This document shows positions 42,471-52,026 of a stretch of 64,000 nucleotides of DNA, in pieces. The notes below the pieces were generated by a model, which was given only the letters and a program-made list of their open reading frames with translations, did not search any database and was not told the origin of the DNA. Made by a program: the position numbers and the translations under genes. Source of the DNA: Spirochaetia bacterium (GTDB lineage Bacteria; Spirochaetota; Leptospiria; Turneriellales; JAOUOS01); NCBI GenBank assembly GCA_029880265.1, contig JAOUOT010000002.1:117353-181352 (forward strand). The letters are read 5' to 3'. The first letter of the stretch is position 1. Every line of letters begins with the position of its first letter.

Positions 42471-43674
42471 CTTCTTCTGACAATAAGACTTGTATTCCCG
42501 GTAGTTTTTTGCCTTCTATATATTCAAGCATAGCGCCGCCGCCTGTTGAAAGATGAGTTATTTTTTCTTCAATTCCGGCTTTTTTTACCGCATAATACGA
42601 ATCTCCGCCGCCTGCAACAGATAAGGCCTTTGACTTTGAAATTGCCTTGGCTATAGACATGGTACCTTTAGAAAAAGCGTTCATTTCAAAAACGCCCATA
42701 GGTCCGTTCCATAAAATTGTTTTAGCGTCTTTAATATATTTTTCATATTTATCGATCGTCTTAGAGCCTATATCCATCCCCATCCATCCGGGCGGAATTT
42801 CTCTGCCCGCTTTTTTTACTTTTGCATTTTCAGAAAACTCGTCGGCAATAATATGGTCTTCAGGAAGCAAAAATTTACATCCGTTATAATCTGCCTTATC
42901 GACAATTTGAAAAGCGTTGCTTAAATATTCTTTTTCAATCAAAGAAGAACCTACCTCTAGGGCCCTTGCTTTTAAGATCGTATATGCCATCGCGCCCCCT
43001 ACCAGTATGGTATCAACTTTTGTCGCCAAGGTTTCCAGAACTTTAATCTTTGTTGAAACTTTTGAACCGCCAATGATGACAACAAAAGGTCTCTCGGGTT
43101 TTTTAAGAATTCTTTCAAGCATTTCGACTTCTTTGCCAAGCAAAAAGCCGGCGTAATGCGGCAAAAGTTCGGCCAATTCAACAATAGAAGCATGCTCTCT
43201 ATGACAGCATCCAAAAGCGTCGTCGACGTATATATCGGCTAAGACAGCCAGTTTCTTGGCCAACTTTTGCCTTTCATTTTTTTCTTTAGAAGTTTCTTCA
43301 GGATAAAATCTTATATTTTCGAGAAGCATTATTTCGCCCGGCTGCAAATTTGACGCCATCTTTTCGGCTTTTTCTCCGATGGCTTCTTCGCAAAACTGTA
43401 TTTCTCGATTTGTATATTTTTTGAGAACCGGTATGATTTTTTCAAGAGAATCTGCCTGGTTTCTGGCTCCTTTGGGTCTTCCCATATGAGAAATCAGTAT
43501 AACAGAAGCGTTATTATTAATTAAATATTCTATAGTCGGAACAGTTTTTTTAATTCTGGTTTCATCGGTAATTTCGCCCGTTTTTTTATCAAGCGGAACG
43601 TTAAAATCGGCTCTTAATATAATTTTCTTGCCGCTTATTTCGGCGTTTTTTATTTCTGAAAGGTTTACCTGCAT
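42463..43674 (-). CDS. pgk: Phosphoglycerate kinase
   Basis: RADFNVP, SHMGRP, LLENIRF, WNGPMGVFE and STGGGA motifs. ATG at 43674 is preferred to the TTG at 43695. Confidence 0.98.
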   Translation of the reverse strand: MQVNLSEIKNAEISGKKIILRADFNVPLDKKTGEITDETRIKKTVPTIEYLINNNASVILISHMGRPKGARNQADSLEKIIPVLKKYTNREIQFCEEAIGEKAEKMASNLQPGEIMLLENIRFYPEETSKEKNERQKLAKKLAVLADIYVDDAFGCCHREHASIVELAELLPHYAGFLLGKEVEMLERILKKPERPFVVIIGGSKVSTKIKVLETLATKVDTILVGGAMAYTILKARALEVGSSLIEKEYLSNAFQIVDKADYNGCKFLLPEDHIIADEFSENAKVKKAGREIPPGWMGMDIGSKTIDKYEKYIKDAKTILWNGPMGVFEMNAFSKGTMSIAKAISKSKALSVAGGGDSYYAVKKAGIEEKITHLSTGGGAMLEYIEGKKLPGIQVLLSEEDE

Positions 43675-43737
43675 TGAAGTTAATTCCGAAAACAATGGCG
43701 CGTGGTAAACAATTTTTTAAGATTATTTTAGAAATAA

Positions 43738-45606
43738 TTAAATTTCAATCGCTTCTGAAGCCTGATCTATGATGCTTTTTTCCCGCTCATATCTTACAAG
43801 CTCATTATTGAGATCTTTTATAATATTAAAAAATCTGTTTTTCAACTCTTCGTTATCGCATTTAATTTGAAACGGATTTTCTTTCCATCTTTTTATTTTT
43901 AACTGTTCGCTGGCATAAATTGGCCTTAATATTTTTTCTAACTCTGGCCTGCTCATAAACTTTCCCTGACCTAAAAAGTTAAAATTGATTTTATCGTTTA
44001 TATCTTTTTTATGCTCGTATATCCAGAGTTTTTCAAGCTGTATGAGCATTGAACTAATTTGGTCGTCTTCTAAATTGCCGCCTATTTCAATATTTATTTT
44101 TCCTTTTTCAAGCCCTAAGCTAAAACCGCTTATATTTAATGCGTCTTCTTTTTCTTCTTCTATCCATTTTTCGCGCTCTTTATCGCTCATTGGTTCTTTA
44201 GCCTTAATTTTTTTAATAGACTGGCTTTTGATAGCGTTTTTTAATGAAATATCAAAGTTTTCGGTTTCATCGTAAGCCACGATGGTATGTATTCCCAGGC
44301 GCTCTAAAGCTATAATTGATTCAGGTTTAACGTCTTTTGCGATTGGTATAATTAAATCTTTTCTGTGACCTACTTTTTCGAGTATTTGCTGTACTTTTGA
44401 AATTTCAGACATTTGAGCCGTAGGGCCTATGACCATATTATCAAATTCTACCTGAGCCTCTCTTTCAAGCTGAATTTCATCGGCCACTACGGTAATTTCT
44501 TTTACGCCCATTCTTCGAAGTCTTAATTTTAAATCAGATTTAACTTCTTCTGATTTTTCAAAAACCAGAACCCTTTTACTCATGCTTAATTTTTCGGGTT
44601 GAAATTTATACAACGTTAAGGGCCTTTTTTTTCCCTTGACCTTCATCGTATCTACTTGTTCAAATAACATCCCAAGCTGACCTATGTTAGACATGCATCC
44701 TGCTGAAATCCATACTTCATTGGGAGACGTTAATGATTGTATTCTTGAGGCGATATTTACGTTATCTCCGATAACCGTAAAATCTTTTCTGGTTGACGCT
44801 CCTAGCTCGCCGATTATCACCCAGCCGCTGTTTATTCCTACATGCAATGAAAGCTCTTCGGAATATTTTTTCTTTAGCTGCGCGTTAACAATGGGCAGAT
44901 CTTTTAGTATAATATCGGTCATACAGCGAACGGCGTTTTCAGTATTTGAAAATACGATAAGCATAGCGTCGCCTATAAACTTGTCTATATCTCCTTCAAA
45001 TATCTTAATCGTATGATGCACCTTTTGATAAAAATCATTTAAGATGTTTATCACAGTTAAGGGCTCATATTTTTCTGACATTGACGTAAAGCCCACAATG
45101 TCAAGAAACGCGATTGTTCGATATCTCTTGATGGCTATTGAGTCTTCGCGTTTTGCCGCCTTGCCCTCAATATATTCTAACGCGCCGAGAGATAAAAATT
45201 GCGACATTACGCCCTGCATTTGTGTTTTTTGTATTCTTTTATTTATTACGTCGCCCGTAATATACGTTTCTGATGTCCCGATTATTGTATTATTTTTATC
45301 TAGAATAGGCGACACCACGCAATCAACGGGAATTTTAGATCCGAAACCCCTGTTAATATATAAGGTATAGTTTAATTCTTTGCCGCTTTGCATCGCTATA
45401 GTTACCGGCAATTTTCTAATATCTCTCATATTTTCAGGAATATGAGGAAACACCATATTCGAGTAAGATTTTCCTCTTAGGTCTGCGTGTGAAACGCCAA
45501 AAATATGACTCGCTTTGTAATTAATATAAACGATATTTTGATTTCTATCTAAAATGCATACGCCAGAATTTAACTGGTTTAAAATTTCTACTGCTGAAAA
45601 TGACAT
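43738..45606 (-). CDS. PAS-domain class III adenylate cyclase with degenerate REC-like and STAS-like C-terminal domains
   Basis: N-terminal PAS; cyclase motifs FLDIVGFT, DKFIGDA and FTVIGDNVNIASR, with the Lys/Thr residues of ATP-specific enzymes. Confidence 0.88.
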   Translation of the reverse strand: MSFSAVEILNQLNSGVCILDRNQNIVYINYKASHIFGVSHADLRGKSYSNMVFPHIPENMRDIRKLPVTIAMQSGKELNYTLYINRGFGSKIPVDCVVSPILDKNNTIIGTSETYITGDVINKRIQKTQMQGVMSQFLSLGALEYIEGKAAKREDSIAIKRYRTIAFLDIVGFTSMSEKYEPLTVINILNDFYQKVHHTIKIFEGDIDKFIGDAMLIVFSNTENAVRCMTDIILKDLPIVNAQLKKKYSEELSLHVGINSGWVIIGELGASTRKDFTVIGDNVNIASRIQSLTSPNEVWISAGCMSNIGQLGMLFEQVDTMKVKGKKRPLTLYKFQPEKLSMSKRVLVFEKSEEVKSDLKLRLRRMGVKEITVVADEIQLEREAQVEFDNMVIGPTAQMSEISKVQQILEKVGHRKDLIIPIAKDVKPESIIALERLGIHTIVAYDETENFDISLKNAIKSQSIKKIKAKEPMSDKEREKWIEEEKEDALNISGFSLGLEKGKINIEIGGNLEDDQISSMLIQLEKLWIYEHKKDINDKINFNFLGQGKFMSRPELEKILRPIYASEQLKIKRWKENPFQIKCDNEELKNRFFNIIKDLNNELVRYEREKSIIDQASEAIEI

Positions 45607-45865
45607 AATATTTCATATATCTCCCCACGGTTTTTTTGTTTTTATTGAAGAGTATTTTCAAAAGCATTTTCATTTTTCTTTTTCTATTATATGTTTACTC
45701 TTTTATTTATCAAATTTGACGTAATTTTTTATTAAAGTAAAACATACTTTTTATTTCTAACAACGAAATATATATCCCTAATATTCTGTAAAGACTTATT
45801 ATAAAATTAAACGCATTTTCAAGAAAACTTGCTTTTATTTTCGCCTGTTTAGCCGAAATTATATT

Positions 45866-46717
45866 GTGGATATGTTTCTTTTCGTAATTTTTCTTGGTAT
45901 ATTGCAGGGCATTACAGAATTTCTGCCGATTTCAAGCAGCGGTCATCTTGCTTTTACGCAAAACATACCGATGTTCTCAGAATTTTCTGATAAATTAAAA
46001 GAACAGACTTCGCTTTTGGGGTTTAATGTTATTTTACATTTAGGAACGATTGCGGCCGTAATTTATTTTTGGCGCAAAGATATTTTTAACATAATTCAAA
46101 GTTTCTTTCAAAATCTTAAAGAGAAAAATTATTCAGGAAACGGAATAAAACTAGTAGTTCTTATCATTTTTGCTACTATACCGGTTTTTTCCGTTCCATT
46201 TTATAAAGATTTCGTTGAAGAAACATCTGAAAGCCTGCAATTAGTATCTCTATTTTTTATTTTAAACGGTATCTTTCTAATTATTTCTGATGTTTTTATT
46301 ATTCAAAAAAAACGTCATCATATTCGCTTAAAGTCGCTTTTAGAATATAAGCCATTAGCCGCCTTTATTGTCGGAATTTTTCAATGCTTTGCCGTATTGC
46401 CGGGAATATCGAGATCGGGCAGCACCATTTCTGCCGGTCTTTTTACAAAACTTTCAGGCGAAGAAAGCGTTCGATTTAGTTTTTTAATTTCTATTCCCGT
46501 ATTAACGGGAGCCGCTTTTTTAGAAGGGAAAACAGCTTTTTTAAATTCATCGGGCGTTGCCCTGCGTTTTGACTGGGCATTAATCGGAATGCTATCTTCG
46601 TTTATAGCCGGATTTTTCTCATTAAAGCTTTTAGTATGGCTCGGCAGAAAATTATTATTTTATCCTTTTGGTATATATACGCTGCTTTTAGGAATTGGCG
46701 GTTTAGTTTTTATTTAA
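45866..46717 (+). CDS. uppP: Undecaprenyl-diphosphate phosphatase
   Basis: QGITEFLPISSSGH, HLGT and PGISRSG motifs. Confidence 0.96.
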   Translation: MDMFLFVIFLGILQGITEFLPISSSGHLAFTQNIPMFSEFSDKLKEQTSLLGFNVILHLGTIAAVIYFWRKDIFNIIQSFFQNLKEKNYSGNGIKLVVLIIFATIPVFSVPFYKDFVEETSESLQLVSLFFILNGIFLIISDVFIIQKKRHHIRLKSLLEYKPLAAFIVGIFQCFAVLPGISRSGSTISAGLFTKLSGEESVRFSFLISIPVLTGAAFLEGKTAFLNSSGVALRFDWALIGMLSSFIAGFFSLKLLVWLGRKLLFYPFGIYTLLLGIGGLVFI

Positions 46718-46730
46718 CTAGGAGAAAAAC

Positions 46731-49424
46731 ATGAAATGGATTCAAAAAAAAGAAATAAACTCAGATAAAAATATTCCCTGGTTTTCAAAAATCAATGATA
46801 TGACAAATGCATCAAATTCGCAGAGAGTCTATGAAAACATTGATGATCAAATCGATACCGAACCTGAAAAAGAATTTGAGCAAATCGCCCGCTGGGAAGA
46901 AAATACAAAAGAAAATATAAAAGAAAATGATTTTCGCGAAAATCAATATTTAACGGCTGACACGAAAAAAACCTCTTTTTCTACAACGCAAGAAAAAGTA
47001 AATAACAACCATGAAATTAAATATTTCCAAAATTTACCTCATTATACTCAAAATAAAAATGAAAATTTAGAGCCTAATTATCGATATGAAAATTTAAATT
47101 TTGCGAAAGAAAGTAAAGCCTTCGACAATGTTCAGGAAAATAAATCAAGCGAACTTTCGGCCTCTAAACGCATTTTAAATCATATAGAGAAAGGCCTTCA
47201 AGAGCAAAATAATTATGCGATTCATAGTCAAGAATTAACTGAACGGCTTAAAAATAAAGAGATTTTTTCAAAATCTGAGTTTGACAAATCCAATGTAACT
47301 GAAAATGAAGAATCTTATTTTTCTAAAATAAAACATAAGCATAACGAGAGATTAAATTTTAAAACTCCCTGGCTTGAGAAAACGAAAAAAGAAGAAAAAG
47401 AAAAACTATCGTGGTTAAAAAAATATGAAATTATTGAAAATGAAAACATTATTCCAGCCGATAAAATTGGCAAGATTACGGATTCTTATAAATCTTACAA
47501 TCAAAGCTCTCGCCATGAGAATAAATCAGATTGTTCTTTTCAAAAAATCAACGCTATTCCCGTTAATGACGCCGATTATTTTATCGATAATATTGAATTT
47601 TCAAAAAATTTTGATTTTGAAAATGATCCAAGTCTTACAACCCCCCTTGAAAGCGCGGGACCGTTATTAGAGAATCTCCCCGCTATTGATAAAAATGAAG
47701 ATTTTAAAGAGAACAAAAAACCTGTATTTAATGTTCCTATTATAAACGGTCTGGCAGATTCGATTCAAAAACCCAAAGTTCATATTGATGAAAATATTTT
47801 CGAAAAAGAAGAAAGCGAAAACAAAGAAGAAGATATAAATATAGGCGTAGATTATGACCAAACTAATGACAATCAACATATTCTAGAAAATGATAAAGAA
47901 GAAGAGATTAGTATTGAAAAGACTTTACCGGCAACCAAAGAAGCAAATCAAGTTAAAAATCAAAGTTCCAATTATGAAAGAGCGTCTATCACGCCCATTA
48001 TTCAACTGACCAGACAATATAATCTTCCTTTTAGTTTGTTATCAAAACAGGAAAATCTCTCAGCCGCAAGAAACAACGAAGAAACGCAATCAATAATAGA
48101 TACTCTCGAGACAACTTTGCGTCAATTTAATATTGAAGGACGCGTAGTCGGAATTCAAACCGGACCTATCATTACGAGATACGAAGTAAAAATGCCCCCT
48201 GGCGTTAAAGTAAATAAAATATTGGCCTTAACAGACGAATTGGCGATGGCGCTGGAGGCGTTAAAAGTAAGAATAGAGGCGCCAATTCCGGGAAGATCAA
48301 CGGTCGGCATAGAAATACCCAATAAAAAAAGATCTCTGGTATTGTTAGGGGATTTGATAAACAATGACTCATATAAAGAAACAAATAAGGCCCTTCCCTT
48401 GCCGATGGGAAAAGATATCGCTGGCAATCTGGTCATTGAAGATCTAAGCCGCATGCCGCATATTTTAATAGCGGGAGCCACCGGTTCGGGAAAGTCAGTC
48501 GCGGTAAATTCTTTTATTTCAAGCTTGATTTTGACAAAGAGCCCCGAAGAAGTCAGGTTTCTATTAGTGGATCCAAAACTTGTAGAACTATCGCATTATA
48601 ACGACATACCGCATCTTCTTCATCCCGTGATTACAGATTCACAAAAAGCGATTTTAGCGTTAAACTGGGCAGTAGAAGAAATGGAGAGACGATATGAAGA
48701 TCTGGCCGAATTACGCGTTAGAGATATACGCACATATAACGAAAAAATAAACGAATATCGCGAAGAGAATAAATCTGATAAAGAAAACCGTCCTTTAATG
48801 CCGTATATTGTCGTTTTAATTGACGAATTAGGCGATTTAATGCTTGTCGCGGGCAAAGAAGTTGAGGCGTCAATCATCAGACTTTCACAAAAAGCCAGAG
48901 CCGTAGGAATTCATCTTATTTTGGCCACCCAAAGACCGTCTGTAGACGTTATTACGGCTCTAATCAAGGCAAACTGCCCCGCCAGAATAGCCCTGCAGGT
49001 TGCGCAAAAAACCGATTCCAGAACTATTCTTGATTCTAACGGAGCCGAACAATTAATCGGCGCCGGAGATATGCTGTTTAAGCATCCTTCTCACACGGCC
49101 CTTTTAAGGGTACAGGCTCCTCTGGTATATGACGAAGAAGTTGACGATATCGTACAATATGTCAAAGATCTTGGCAGGCCGTCTTATATAACACTGGAAG
49201 ATCCTAAGTCAAATAACGGTTCTCTTGACATTGGCGAAGAAGACCTTTTTGAAGAAGCATGGCAAATTATTATTGAAAGTCAAAAAGCATCAGCAAGCTA
49301 TCTGCAAAGACGACTTCGCATAGGATACAACAGAGCTGCCAGAATTATTGAAGCGATGGAAGCAAGGGGATATATTGGGCCCCAGATAGGCTCAAAACCA
49401 AGAGAAATTTTATTAAATCCATAA
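46731..49424 (+). CDS. ftsK: FtsK/SpoIIIE DNA translocase lacking an N-terminal membrane domain
   Basis: PHILIAGATGSGKS, VDPK, IDELGDLM, ATQRPSVD and the gamma domain SYLQRRLRIGYNRAARI; hydrophilic N-terminal about 420 aa. Confidence 0.93.
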   Translation: MKWIQKKEINSDKNIPWFSKINDMTNASNSQRVYENIDDQIDTEPEKEFEQIARWEENTKENIKENDFRENQYLTADTKKTSFSTTQEKVNNNHEIKYFQNLPHYTQNKNENLEPNYRYENLNFAKESKAFDNVQENKSSELSASKRILNHIEKGLQEQNNYAIHSQELTERLKNKEIFSKSEFDKSNVTENEESYFSKIKHKHNERLNFKTPWLEKTKKEEKEKLSWLKKYEIIENENIIPADKIGKITDSYKSYNQSSRHENKSDCSFQKINAIPVNDADYFIDNIEFSKNFDFENDPSLTTPLESAGPLLENLPAIDKNEDFKENKKPVFNVPIINGLADSIQKPKVHIDENIFEKEESENKEEDINIGVDYDQTNDNQHILENDKEEEISIEKTLPATKEANQVKNQSSNYERASITPIIQLTRQYNLPFSLLSKQENLSAARNNEETQSIIDTLETTLRQFNIEGRVVGIQTGPIITRYEVKMPPGVKVNKILALTDELAMALEALKVRIEAPIPGRSTVGIEIPNKKRSLVLLGDLINNDSYKETNKALPLPMGKDIAGNLVIEDLSRMPHILIAGATGSGKSVAVNSFISSLILTKSPEEVRFLLVDPKLVELSHYNDIPHLLHPVITDSQKAILALNWAVEEMERRYEDLAELRVRDIRTYNEKINEYREENKSDKENRPLMPYIVVLIDELGDLMLVAGKEVEASIIRLSQKARAVGIHLILATQRPSVDVITALIKANCPARIALQVAQKTDSRTILDSNGAEQLIGAGDMLFKHPSHTALLRVQAPLVYDEEVDDIVQYVKDLGRPSYITLEDPKSNNGSLDIGEEDLFEEAWQIIIESQKASASYLQRRLRIGYNRAARIIEAMEARGYIGPQIGSKPREILLNP

Positions 49425-49558
49425 CATTGAAACGTTTTCTATCTATTCAAAAAAAATGAGCATATTTTTTTATTTTTTTTTATGGCGCTTATTTAAAATT
49501 ATTTTTTCAAAAAAAGGTTGACACAATAACTCTTCATGTTGCCTTGTTTGGTTTCATA

Positions 49559-49782
49559 TAGAAACTGTTAATAAGGGTTTTTATGCAATTAACCTTGAGC
49601 CGAATAACTATTCAAATAAAACGAGTATGTAACCTAATGTATCTTAGCAAAAGCGAGATAAGAAAATGAATAATTGTTTAATTAAGCGTTCAAGGGCATA
49701 AGCAATTCTTAATAACGAATGTCGGTTAAAGTATAAACGGCAAGTTTCTAAAATCTGAACTCAAATTATATAGAGTTTAGAT
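49559..49782 (+). ncRNA. Extensively structured RNA (nirS leader or independent ncRNA)
   Basis: Eight compatible helices found by hand; almost all non-Watson-Crick pairs are G-U on the plus strand. TTGACA lies upstream at 49518-49523. Confidence 0.6.
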
Positions 49783-49810
49783 AATGAAACCAAAAACTAA
49801 GGAGAAAAGA

Positions 49811-51415
49811 ATGAAGAAAACTTTGAAGTTCTTAACGCCTATGCTAGCGGCATCATTTATGTTTTGCGGCGGCGGTGGTGGTAAAGATGTGCCTGCAGGA
49901 GCAGAACTTACTGAAGCCGAATTTCAAGAAGCAAACACCGTATATTTTCAAAGATGCGGCGGATGCCATGGTACTTTGAGAAAAGGCGCTACCGGTAAGC
50001 CTCTTACTCCCGATAAAACCATTGAAAAAAGCATAGAAAAACTGACAAATATTATCGCAAAAGGTACCGATGGGGGTATGCCTGGGCTAGCTACTACCGG
50101 TGAAATAACCGAAAAACAAGCAAATTTGCTGGCAAAGTATATCCAGAACAAGCCGGTTGCTCCGCCTGAATATAACATGAAAGACGTAAAAGCAACCTGG
50201 AAACTACATGTGCCATTAGAAAAAAGACCTAAAAAGGTTATGCACAAGAGAAATCTTGATAATATGTTTGCGGTGATTTTAAGAGACGCGGGTCAAATCG
50301 GTATTATTGACGGAGACACAAAAGAAATGTTTTCAGTCATTGATTCAGGATATGCCGTACACACTCTTAGATATTCTGCTTCAGGTCGATATCTTTATAC
50401 AATCGGACGTGATGCTAAAGCGACTATCGTAGACCTTTGGATGGATCCTCCGGCATTGGTTGCTGAAGTAAAAACAGGTATTGAAGCAAGATCAATTGAT
50501 AGTAGTAAATACAAAGGTTTTGAAGATAAGTATGCGGTTGTCGGAAATTACTGGCCGCCAAACTACGTAATGCTTGATGGATTAACGCTTGAACCATTAA
50601 AAATTGTTGGTACAAGAGGTTATACTTATGACACCAATGAGTATCATCAAGAGCCTAGAGTTGCTTCAATTGTAGCTTCGCATCACAACCCTGAATGGGT
50701 ATTGAATGTAAAAGAAGCTGGTATCGTATTACTAGTTGACTACAGTAAACTAGCTCAAGGCACTGTTACTGAGACAAGAATCAACGCAGAAAGATTTCTT
50801 CATGACGGCGGTTGGGATCATACCAAAAGGTATTTTCTTGTTGCCGCGAACATGAGAGATAAAATGGTTGTGATTGATACGAAACTAAGAACACGCGCAG
50901 CTATTGTGAAAACCGGAGTTAAACCTCACCCTGGTAGAGGCGCTAACTTTAAAGATCCTAAATATGGCTGGGTATACGCTACTCCACACTTAGGCGAGCC
51001 GAATGTAGCCCTAATAGGTACTGATCCTGGTCCAAACCAGTGGAAAGTTGTAAGAACTCTAAAGCCTGCGGGCGACGGAGGATTATTTCTTAAAACGCAT
51101 CCAAAATCAAAAAATCTTTGGGTAGACCATCCGCTTGCTAAAGATAATAAAATTCATAGAAGCGTATCAGTATTCAATATAAACGACCTTGACGCTCCGC
51201 CAAAAGTTATTGAACTTGGCGATAGGGGCCGAATTGTTCACTTTGAATACAATAAAGCCGGGGATGAAGTTTGGATCGCTCTTTGGGATAAAAAAGGCGA
51301 AATGATTATAATGGACGATAAAACATTAAAAGAAAAAGCCAGAATTAAAGATCCTAAAATGGTTACTCCTACAGGTAAATTTAACGTATTTAATACAATG
51401 CGTGATATCTACTAA
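49811..51415 (+). CDS. nirS: Cytochrome cd1 nitrite reductase, predicted lipoprotein
   Basis: YFQRCGGCHGTLRKGATG (heme c), GYAVH, YHQEPRVASI, FLHDGG, PHPGRGAN, LFLKTHP and TPTGKFNV motifs. The ATG at 49811 follows a GGAG RBS and gives the signal MKK...SFMF-C. Confidence 0.95.
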   Translation: MKKTLKFLTPMLAASFMFCGGGGGKDVPAGAELTEAEFQEANTVYFQRCGGCHGTLRKGATGKPLTPDKTIEKSIEKLTNIIAKGTDGGMPGLATTGEITEKQANLLAKYIQNKPVAPPEYNMKDVKATWKLHVPLEKRPKKVMHKRNLDNMFAVILRDAGQIGIIDGDTKEMFSVIDSGYAVHTLRYSASGRYLYTIGRDAKATIVDLWMDPPALVAEVKTGIEARSIDSSKYKGFEDKYAVVGNYWPPNYVMLDGLTLEPLKIVGTRGYTYDTNEYHQEPRVASIVASHHNPEWVLNVKEAGIVLLVDYSKLAQGTVTETRINAERFLHDGGWDHTKRYFLVAANMRDKMVVIDTKLRTRAAIVKTGVKPHPGRGANFKDPKYGWVYATPHLGEPNVALIGTDPGPNQWKVVRTLKPAGDGGLFLKTHPKSKNLWVDHPLAKDNKIHRSVSVFNINDLDAPPKVIELGDRGRIVHFEYNKAGDEVWIALWDKKGEMIIMDDKTLKEKARIKDPKMVTPTGKFNVFNTMRDIY

Positions 51416-51424
51416 GAGTAAACT

Positions 51425-51458
51425 AAAAAAGAGGGAGTTCTATACTCCCTCTTTTTTT
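51425..51458 (+). terminator. Rho-independent terminator (potentially bidirectional)
   Basis: AAAAAAGAGGGAGT / ACTCCCTCTTTTTT. Confidence 0.9.
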
Positions 51459-51524
51459 ATTTATAATTAATAAATCAAAAAGCTTAAAATTACACATCTA
51501 TAAAATATTTTAATTAAGGAGAAA

Positions 51525-51950
51525 GTGATGAGAAGAACGATAGGAATAATAATACCAATCATGATGATTATGGGATTAATATATTGCGGCGAAGATAGAG
51601 TATTGCCAGAAGCTCCCGCGGAATATAAAAGCAAAAAAAATCCCATTGCAGAATCTGCTGACGCTATAGCGGCCGGCGAAGCTATTTATAAAAAGAAATG
51701 CGAAAAATGTCACGGTAACAGTGGTGACGGAAAAGGCAAAAATGCTGAAAATCTTGAAAATAAACCCATAGATTTAACCAAACCGGGATACATGGCAGGA
51801 AGATCAGACGGGCAGCTTTTCTGGTTTATAGTAACCGGCGGCAAAAAAGGAAATGAAATGGACGGGTACGGTCCGGGCACTAGCGATAACCTTTCAGAAG
51901 AAGATATTTGGAAAAGTATTTTATACTTAAGAAAAAACTTCACAAAATAA
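51525..51950 (+). CDS. Monoheme cytochrome c lipoprotein
   Basis: Signal ending GLIY-C; CEKCH heme motif and a distal Met (NEMDGYG). Confidence 0.88.
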   Translation: MMRRTIGIIIPIMMIMGLIYCGEDRVLPEAPAEYKSKKNPIAESADAIAAGEAIYKKKCEKCHGNSGDGKGKNAENLENKPIDLTKPGYMAGRSDGQLFWFIVTGGKKGNEMDGYGPGTSDNLSEEDIWKSILYLRKNFTK

Positions 51951-51977
51951 ACATAGGAATATTTTTCAACACCATAT

Positions 51978-52005
51978 AAGGGAGGCCTATTCAGCCTCCC
52001 TTTTT
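51978..52005 (+). terminator. Rho-independent terminator
   Basis: AAGGGAGGC / GCCTCCCTT followed by a T-run. Confidence 0.8.
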
Positions 52006-52026
52006 ATTAAAACACCGTAAATATTT

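Noticed and set aside
49425..49810. FNR/DNR box upstream of nirS
   Set aside because: No TTGAT-N4-ATCAA-like site was found; the TTGACA is better read as a -35 element, although its -10 partner is poor.
49784..49810. Upstream ATG given for nirS in the ORF track
   Set aside because: The GGAG RBS at 49801 and the signal-peptide structure favour the ATG at 49811.
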